A DNA stretch of 64,000 nt from Octopus sinensis (Eukaryota): contig NC_043018.1 in the NCBI RefSeq assembly GCF_006345805.1, positions 28,458,001-28,522,000 of the forward strand. Reading direction: 5' to 3'. The translations under genes were made by a program, and so were the position numbers. Positions 55,406 through 64,000 of this stretch are shown here, in pieces; position 1 is the first letter of the stretch, and each line of letters begins with the position of its first letter. Under the pieces are notes generated by a model that did no database searches, had not been told where the DNA came from, and saw only the letters and a program-made list of their open reading frames with translations.

Positions 55406-56559
55406 TCATTTTTTAGCTTTGATTGGCTCGTGGGGAGACGGCCATCATTGCCGTTACAATTATAATCGTACCATTATAGCAGCCGTAGTCGGCTTATTAT
55501 TGTTATTATCTTCACCATTACCATCACTATCATCATTATCACCACCATTACCATCATCATCATCATCATCACCATCACCATCACCACCATCATCATCAAT
55601 GATATTGTCTTATGTGTAGTCACAGCAGTATCTTATTATTGTTATTTTTGTTTTTTATCATTATCACCATCACAGTAGTGTCTGTCTGTCTCGTTGGCTG
55701 GCTTGGTGGTTGGCTGGCTGACTGTCTTCAATGCCAGAGTTCTTGCCTGTCAAATAATACTTTCATATTTGGTTAACAATAGAGCCGAGGTGAGGTTTGT
55801 GTGTGTGTGTGTGTGTAGATAGATAGATAGAATATCAGCACTATTACTATCTTTTTTTTTTTTTTTTGGGTGGCGTCAAAAAAAGTTCAGATGTTTACTA
55901 CTATTAGCCTTTTTTTTTTTTTGTATTATTATTACTATTATTATTATTATATTATTATTATTATTATTATTTATTATTATTATTATTGTCATTATTATTA
56001 TTATTATTGAGTGAGAGAGCAGTACATGTTTTCAAAGTGACACTGGGGTAAAATATACGAAGCCCAGTTTACCCATCATGACTACCCGTCTGATAAGGGT
56101 ACACCAGGCACATGCATCACAACCATATGTGCGCGACATGGTGATCTCATATCACCATGGAGCCCAGTTAGAATTTTCTTCCGGTCGAGTGGTCCGTCCA
56201 ACTCAAAAGATAGCTGAATAAGTGTTGTTTATGGCTGTTGAACGAAACACCCATGTTTACAAAGGTGAATTAGCCAAACCCTAAAACTATTCCTCTCAAC
56301 ACATGGCTATGATTGTCCACAACAATGACTGCTGGTGCTCAGAGATGCACATTTCGTCAGGCGCTAATGAGCATGCTCGACTGGCTAGGATCAAAGAACT
56401 GACAAACAAATCTGTGGTATTTAGCAGAATAATTGCTGTAGCCCATCTTTTATACCAAAACAAAAAGTCTTGGTATAGCACTTCCAATCGGGAGCCATGA
56501 GAGCCGTGAGAGCCGCTGCGTGGTACTCTTTATTATTATTATTACTATTATTTTTATTA

Positions 56560-56653
<94 letters not shown>

Positions 56654-56706
56654 AAGTAGTTGTTGTAGTAGTAGTAGTTGTTGTAGTACTATTACTACTA
56701 CTACTA

Positions 56707-56764
<58 letters not shown>

Positions 56765-56765
<1 letters not shown>

Positions 56766-57150
56766 AGTGAACTAAGGTAATACCTCTTATTTTTCGAGCA
56801 CCTTCCGGGGTATTCGAGCGGTTCGAAGCAGTGCTGATTACTGCATGTGCTCCATCCTTATTGCAGCCCCTATTTGTTCCATTCTACGGGGTTGCTCAGG
56901 TAGTAACACTCCATAACCACAGTATTGACTTGTTTATTCCACTTACGCCGAGTCTGCTGGTCTATTGTTGGATGACGACACGCTGGAGTTGGGCCAGTAT
57001 CTCTGAGCCTGCCGAGTGCAAAACTGTCACCATCAAGGACCTCAGTTTCATTACCACAGTTATTCACAATATTTTGTCTTTTCATTGTCACTCATATGAG
57101 GTAGCGATTATCAGATTGCGCAATTACCAGCGTTTTTTATTGTGATACCA
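56765..57150 (-). mobile_element. Internally deleted R4/Dong-type element between (TAG/TAA)n arrays
   Basis: N-terminal RRKWNKQVNTVVMECYYLSNP fused within about 25 nt to C-terminal IRMEHMQ*SALLRTARIPRKVLE, then a (TAG)n tail. Confidence 0.8.
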
Positions 57151-57222
57151 TCACGAAATGTATCATGAATCAGGACATGGGAGATTGTTATTATTATTAT
57201 TATTATTATTATTGTTGTTGTT

Positions 57223-57258
<36 letters not shown>

Positions 57259-57399
57259 GCTGTTGTTGTTGTTAGAGCAGCACCTTCCAACAAAAAGAAA
57301 TTAAATATCCGCTGGGTTCGATTTTTTGTTACTAAAGCGTTCAAAAGATGAAACCTAACCAAAATGTTTAATTATAAGCATTAAAACATTAAAGATATA

Positions 57400-57750
57400 T
57401 ACTCTTTTACTTGTTTCAATTTTGACTGTGGCCATGCTGGAGCACCGCCTTTAGTGGAGCAAATCGACCCCAGGACTTATTCTTTGTAAACCTAGTACTT
57501 ATTCTATCGGTTTATTTTGTCGAATCGCTAAGTTACGGGGACGTAAACACACCAGCATCGGTTGTCAACACAAACACACATATATATACATATACGTATA
57601 TACGAAGGGCTTCTTTCAGTTTCCGTCTGCCAAATCCACTCAGAAGACTTTGGTCGGCCGGAGGCTATAGTGTAAGACACTTGCCCAAAGTGCCACGCAG
57701 CGGGACTGATCCCGGAACCATGTGGTTTGTAAGCAAGCTACTTACCACGG
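57400..57750 (-). mobile_element. Full-length SINE family B
   Basis: GGTAAGTAGCTTGC head through the GGCGGTGCTCCAGCATGGCC tail. Confidence 0.9.
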
Positions 57751-58822
57751 TGACTCAAACAGATGTTGGTTTCAAATTTTGGCACTAGGCCAGCAATTTC
57801 GGGGAAGGAGTTAAGTAAAGTACATTGACCACAATGTTGAAGTGGTATTTGTTTTATCGACCCAGAATGGATGAAATACGAGGTCGACCTCAGCGTAATT
57901 TGGACCCAAGATACCTAAATAGAGCTATACATAAAAAGATATTAAGCTAGATACAGGAATATTCCATGAACAGCGATACAACGACGTGGAAACCTTATTA
58001 AAGCGTTCTCACAATGATCATGATCATGTTTACGTATGTTTTCTAAGATTTACCTATGTCTCTTCCAAGAACACAAATTCCATTTTATTTCTCAAATGAT
58101 AAATAATAACGATAATAATAATAATAAAAACTAATAAATATTAACGATAATGATTCTAATAAATACTGCTGAAAATCCACTTTGAATAATATGTAAATAT
58201 TTTGCATACTGGCATATATTACTTTCCAGCTATCTGATAGCATTCGTTTAGGATTATCCTCGTCGAAGTTGTTCTATGTAGAATAGACTTAATTACTAAG
58301 ATAAATGTTTCAACGCATTGTCGTATATTTCCATAAAGTAAAATAGCTGTATTGTTAGCACATCCTGAGCACATTAGAGACAGTAAAACTAATAGCACTA
58401 ATAACAGCAACAACAATTACAACAACTAGTTGAACGGTAACGGCAACAAGAGAATATGTGCTATTGTATAAATATATATTAGGTTTAATGAAATTTACAT
58501 ATATAATACTAAATAGTAAGGCGATATATTTAAATGCTATGGTAGTTTTGTCCTGTATTATTCTAATGGCAATACTGTAGAGCGATATCAGAACAAATCC
58601 TCGTTATTATTGTCATCTTCCATTAAAATATCATTGATTGTTATATCACTGAGGTATGTTATCTTATATAGATAAGATGATATCTTTCTTATATATATAT
58701 AACACATGGTTTGATATAGGATTCCGGCCTTTTGGCTTGAGTATTTCTGAGTAAATATGCGGGTGCATCTATCCATCATCGTGCCTCGTTAACACACACT
58801 TACAAACACACACACACGCACG

Positions 58823-58867
<45 letters not shown>

Positions 58868-59232
58868 ATACAAATACGTATATTCACAGACGCTAAGACA
58901 TACATCTATTAACACTATATATTTTCTTCATTTCTTAAGAACTCACACATTTGTATTCTGTCCTTAATTCCATGCATCTTAAATAACAGATCACGCAGTC
59001 TATAAATTCGGTTGGGTAGTGTTGATCCAACAACGTACAGTACGTCTCGAATCTGGAACCCTCTGATTACCAAATGTACAGCTCAAGGAAAAAACACCTT
59101 CCAGAAACCATTTCAGGACACAGAGAAGTCGAAGATATTTTTTATGGAGTCAGGAGAATGGTGTGCACTCGAAGCTTTTTGAAAGTAGATTCGAGTGTTA
59201 GTCGAGATATTGCTCAAATACACACACACATA

Positions 59233-59263
<31 letters not shown>

Positions 59264-59527
59264 TTTAATACTTTTTGATAGTTATATATATTTAATTAAT
59301 GAATAATAAAACAAAAATAAAAAAATAAAAATTTATAAATATAAATATAAATTAATAATTTTAATTTTAAATTTAAATAATTAAATTTTTTTAATTTTAT
59401 ATTTTATATATTTTTGTATATTATATTAATTATTTCTATTTTTATGTTTTGGTCTATGTTTTTCACTGTTTGATTTGCCTAATAGTGGTTTTATCTTTAA
59501 TTTAATTTATTTATATATATATATATA

Positions 59528-60160
59528 TAGGGAGCCTAACGTGTTTGAGGACATACCGTTTTGGAGTCATTTTTGCATATTTTGCTAACTCTGCATAATC
59601 TTTGTTTCAGAAACTAATAATGCCAGACGGTCAGCTTACTTAAGAAATGATGAGGCATGTTGCTATTGTGGTCATAATGGCTGACTATAGCGATTTAGAA
59701 ATATCTCGATTTTTAAACGTTGCAAAATCTTTTGCCTACAAAGTTTGTAAGGAACTAGAGACTGAAGATGGAAACGTATCACCAGTATCAAAGCATAAAA
59801 AACATTCTAAATGCTCTGAAATCATCAGAACAACTGGATTTATCCAACAGGTTCAACAGACCTTTGATCACAATCCCAGAAACTCCATGCGGTCAATTGC
59901 AAAAAATCTCCATGTGTCAGAAGTAACAGTTAGAAATGTTGTCCACGAAGACATCAGATATAAGTCTTATATGATGAGGAAAAGTCAATTTATGTTAGAA
60001 AAAGCAAAAGCAAATCACTACATCAGATTTAAAAGTCTTTTAAACAAACTGAAAAATGCAGCAGAAGTATTTATTTGATTTTTATCAAACGAGAAATACT
60101 TCGACCAAGATCGAAATGTTTACAGAAGAAATGACAGATGCTTATGTGCAGACACTAATG
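59528..60160 (+). mobile_element. 5' part of a Tc1/mariner-superfamily transposon (DD37D/maT-like)
   Basis: HTH region NPRNSMRSIAKNLHVSEVTVRNVVHEDIRYKSY, then FLSNEKYFDQD..RRNDR (first catalytic D motif decayed). Starts after (TA)n and is cut off by the PLE. Confidence 0.8.
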
Positions 60161-60164
60161 TTGA

Positions 60165-60890
60165 CATCTTTAACAAAAAAGCTGAATTTTATAACGCCGC
60201 CTTGTCAAAAGCCGGTTATAGAAATAAATATCATACATCGACCCAGCCCATTCTAATGCAATATATATTTCCCAGAATAAGAAAACTAATAACAATAGAA
60301 ATAGTGAGAATAATGGCTTTAGTTCTAACTACGTCGGCACCTCTGTACATAAGAGAAATAATTTACGGACCTGAGGTGGCAATCAAAACCCAACCCCAAA
60401 TTTACACCACAGAAATTTTCCCTTTACTGTGAATAGTAACACTATGAGCAATTTTAAATCTACAAAAAACTCTATCTGGTTTGTTATACTTTTCGGAAAA
60501 CAAATCAAATCGAACCTTCCTTTACATTTCCGTGAAGCCGTGGCTAGGAACTTTCCCAGGAATTCTAGGTATTATTCTATTATAAATTCACATAAGGTGA
60601 GAATTGCATTCTCTAACACTAGAAATATTTCGCAAATCATCGCTTCCCATAATAACAAGCTGCTAAACAAATATTCTTCACCCGGAAGATCCAACACTAT
60701 TCTTATCAATTCCAACCAAACATACAATAATAATAATAGAAATAGTATTGATAGTAGCAACATTCGTAGCAACGTTAGTGTTAGCAATGATAGTATTAAT
60801 AATAGCATTGGTCGGGTTAATAACAATGGTAGTGTTGATGGTATCAACAACAACATTTCTATTGCCAGGAATATTGCCGGTTGTAATACA

Positions 60891-60931
<41 letters not shown>

Positions 60932-62049
60932 TAATAGAAATAGTGTACTGGTTAGTACTAGCAGTAATATAAACAGCAATCATATCAATAATAACTCAGT
61001 CTTGATCTCGGAAGTAAACCCTAACAGATTAAGGTTCTTGTCCAGTAACTCCAAAATTAAAAATTCCATTTACCAATGTAGAATTTCTACCGGTACCGAT
61101 GTCTTCTTCTATATTGGTGCAACAACTTCCATATTATCCCAGAGAATTTCTAATCATTATTCAACGTTCCGAGATAAGAGAAAACAACAAAGTACAGGAC
61201 TAAGTAAATTAGTTTGGCGTCTTAAGGACAACAATATAACTTTCAAGCTAGATTAGTCCATATTGTCTGTATCCTTTCCTTTTAATAAGGGCAGGAAATT
61301 TTGCGGAATTTCTAATTCCGAGCTCTTCTATATCATTTTCGCCAAGTTCCCCTTGGTTAACACATTAATAGAAAAATCCTATAAGTGTAAGCACTGGCAA
61401 AAACACACTTTCCATTCATATAAATGATAAATAATATAGATAGCTTCTCTGTTTTAGTAATTAATTTCACGTCTCTTTTATGCCTACTCCGTTACATAAA
61501 ACAATAATACTAAATGTCACTGGCGTATGTTTATCTCTTCTTCTCTACCTCTCCCTCTCCCTCGCCTCTCTATCTCTGTCATACGCTCAATCAAACACAC
61601 AGACACCAATTTCTCACCTTACTGCTATATTTATTTGACAACTGTCCCCAACACACACATATACATAGACATAAATGCAGTTATATACACACACTCATAC
61701 ACACACATAAGCAATAAAACTCATTAACCAGAGCAAACACCCCCGCATCCACATACATACAGCATGCATACTGTCCCCTTCTTATTTTCATAACTTCCTC
61801 TTCCAAACAATTTTGACGTCATTGCTTATAACGGATTTTTAAAAACACTCATTATCACTGTGAACACCATGTAGGAAGCCATAAAAAAGTTTTTGTCCGT
61901 CGTGAGGCTGATAGAGATTCCTTGTCTTTCCTGATGAGAAGACGGCATAATGCACCCTTTATTCCTTCGGAATTAAGAATATGCAGTCTTCGAAACATGT
62001 GTTGAAAGTAAAGGAATTTTGTTAAAATCTTCGTTCGACTCCATTCTTT
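60165..62049 (+). mobile_element. 5'-truncated Penelope-like element (probably Naiad-type): RT thumb, GIY-YIG, 3' UTR with hammerhead
   Basis: FNKKAEFYNAALSKAGY, IWF...KQIKSN...NFP..YSIIN.HKVRIAFS.TRNISQIIASHNNKLL, SIYQC..FFYIGATT..QRISNH..F..STGLSKLVW.LK, C..SNSE, CKH. Clade assignment is from recall and needs a phylogeny. Confidence 0.88.
61918..62016 (+). ncRNA. Type I hammerhead ribozyme at the PLE 3' end
   Basis: Stem I UUCCUU-gu-CUUUC / GAAAG-ua-AAGGAA. CUGAUGA at 61931-37. Stem II GAAGAC/GUCUUC. GAAA at 61992-95. Stem III AC-augu-GU (palindromic ACAUGU). Triplet GUU, predicted cut after 62003. Confidence 0.88.
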
Positions 62050-62233
62050 CATATGAACACACACGTGTGTATATATATATTATATATGTGTACGTAAATA
62101 TGTGTGTGTGCATGTATGTAAGTATGCGTATATGTATGTATTTAACTTTCTTTTTATGTATATATCCCTCTCTCTCTGTATGTATATCTATGTGTGTGTA
62201 TGTATATATATATATATATATATACATATACAC

Positions 62234-62295
<62 letters not shown>

Positions 62296-62468
62296 GTATA
62301 TATATTATATATACATACACACACATAGATATACATACAGAGAGAGAGAGGGATATATACATAAAAAGAAACTTAAATACATACATATACGCATACTTAC
62401 ATACATGCACACACACATATTTACGTACACATATATAATATATATATACACATGTGTGTGTTCATATG
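62050..62468. repeat. ~419-bp palindrome with ~165-bp arms around a (TA)n-rich centre
   Basis: The arms match through non-repetitive words (GTACGTAAATATG, GTAAGTATGCG, TTTCTTTTTATG, ATATCCCTCTC) with 2 substitutions and a dinucleotide slip. Confidence 0.92.
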
Positions 62469-62980
62469 TTTAAACGGATATAAATTCAGTTTTAACACAC
62501 AGTAACAGATCATGTGAAATGTTAGACAAGTGCAATTCCTAAATATTAATTGATTGCATTTCCCAGAGAAATGTTGATTGAAAAATGAAATCTACTTTTT
62601 ATTGAATCAAGTGTCCGTTTTTTTCTTTTAATTTTAAAACTTTAAAACATTTTTCTAATGGTAATAAAAACTTTTGTTCAATGATTGCTAAAATTGAAGA
62701 TGTTATGACATTAAAAGTGAAAAGAATTAATATGCATTCCTGCTATATACATCATAATTCGTTGTACTCTATGCACAAGGACTTAAATTCTGCAGGAGTT
62801 TCATCGATATTATCGACTCCGTTGCTCAACAGGTTTTTTTTGTGTCGACACTGAAAGGATGAAATGCAAAGTATAACTCGGCGGAATTTGAACTCAAATC
62901 GTAAAGCCCAACAGAGGTAGTCTAGCGGTGGTGGTGGTGGACAAACAAAACAAAGATACAATGACCTACATATGCACACA

Positions 62981-63014
<34 letters not shown>

Positions 63015-63231
63015 ATCAATATAGGGTGGCAAAAAATTTCGTAGAATTTATTTGCCACCAGCGGCCTAGTGGGAAAAAATTAAATAGTCATAGACCATTT
63101 ATAAGTTCAACATCACAATCAAGGAATGGCCATAATAGGCCATTCACCCACTAGAAATAACAGCCAAAGCTTCAACCGCAAAATAACAATAATTCCGCAA
63201 ACCAGGAGAAAATTAAAAAAAAACATTTACC

Positions 63232-63345
63232 CTGTAATTTCTTATACGATGCACCGTTTCATCTATTGTTTAATGGTAAACTAACCTGATTAAATTAAAT
63301 CAAGCCAATCTTCCATAGGCCGATAGATTCGTCAGTAAGTAACAG
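63232..63345 (-). ncRNA. Type I hammerhead ribozyme (inverted copy)
   Basis: Same core as 63517-63630 with one mismatch in stem I (UUACUUA). Predicted cut after minus-strand base 63245. Confidence 0.85.
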
Positions 63346-63516
63346 CCAGATCCGAGCAGATATTATCACGAGGCACCTCTATCCCTGCCTCGGCAATATC
63401 TGACCTAAAATTTTCAAATCATCGCACTCGCGCCAAATTTATCGGCAGCAAATATAAGCCGCCGATTCCCGAGGCAGGGATAGAGGTGCCTCGTGATAAT
63501 ATCTGCTCGGATCTGG

Positions 63517-63630
63517 CTGTTTCTTACTGACGAATCTATCGGCCTATGGAAGATTGGCTTGATTTAATTTAATCAGGTTAGTTTACCATTAAACAATAGA
63601 TGAAACGGTGCATCGTATAAGAAATTACAG
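63517..63630 (+). ncRNA. Type I hammerhead ribozyme
   Basis: Stem I UUUCUUA (63520-26) / UAAGAAA (63618-24), plus CUG/CAG beyond a UUA bulge. CUGACGA at 63527-33. Stem II AUCUAU/AUAGAU. GAAA at 63602-05. Stem III ACG(G)-ugca-(U)CGU. Triplet GUA, predicted cut after 63617. Confidence 0.93.
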
Positions 63631-64000
63631 GGTAAATGTTTTTTTTAATTTTCTCCTGGTTTCCGGAATTAATGATATTTTGCGGTTGAAGCTTTGGCTG
63701 TTATTTCTAGTGGGTGAATGGCCTATTATGGCCATTCCTTGATTGTGATGTTGAACTTATAAATGGTCTATGACTATTTAATTTTTTCCCACTAGGCCGC
63801 TGGTGGCAAATAAATTCTAGGAAATTTTTTGCCACCCTATATTGATTAATTATGAATTTTCTGGTTAATTCCGTAATGGAATCGGCGGCTTATATTTGCT
63901 GCCGATAAATTTGGCGCGAGTGCGATGATTTGAAAATTTTAGGTCAGATATTGCCGAGGCAGGGATAGAGGTGCCTCGTGATAATATCTGCTCGGATCTG

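Larger units (their letters stand above)
63012..64000. mobile_element. 485-bp hammerhead-containing unit in tandem and head-to-head arrangement (candidate retrozyme)
   Basis: 63470-63954 is one unit and it restarts at 63955. 63012-63469 is an inverted, permuted copy. No ORF of 60 aa or more lies within it. Confidence 0.85.

Noticed and set aside
59280-59520. A-rich to T-rich quasi-palindrome
   Set aside because: At over 90% AT the pairing is expected from composition, and no unique words mirror each other.
63052-63072. CTCF-like motif GCCACCAGCGGCC
   Set aside because: It deviates from the core consensus and is explained by hairpin arms of the repeat.
1735-63154. Dozens of ORFs reading [23 protein letters not shown], poly-I/N/L/S/Y
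   Set aside because: They are translations of di-, tri- and tetranucleotide microsatellites that happen to lack stops, with no domain content.
63012-63849. piggyBac or Foldback DNA transposon, since TTAA lies at both ends of the 380-bp inverted repeat
   Set aside because: The same unit continues in tandem past 63849, TTAA is part of the unit (and self-complementary), and there are no CC..GG termini.

Overview
AT-rich, repeat-saturated eukaryotic DNA, most likely intron or intergenic sequence from a coleoid cephalopod (Octopus-like). The taxon is inferred from microsatellite density and my recall of the SINE families; no database was searched. No intact host gene is recognisable, only a few speculative exons. 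The window holds four Penelope-like element (PLE) remnants plus a short PLE 3' copy, CR1, RTE and R4/Dong LINE remnants, a mariner and a DD37D-type transposon, several MITEs, four tRNA-headed SINE families and many microsatellites. The main result is at the right edge (63012-64000). This is a non-coding 485-bp unit repeated in tandem and head-to-head, carrying a complete type I hammerhead ribozyme (core CUGACGA...GAAA, cleavage triplet GUA) with an unusually large branched stem II. It is a candidate cephalopod retrozyme or circular-RNA element. A second type I hammerhead with an extended stem II ends the neighbouring PLE (61918-62016), and a decayed homologue lies at about 30236-30330. Most repeat boundaries are approximate to tens of bases; ribozyme, palindrome and TSD coordinates were counted directly.
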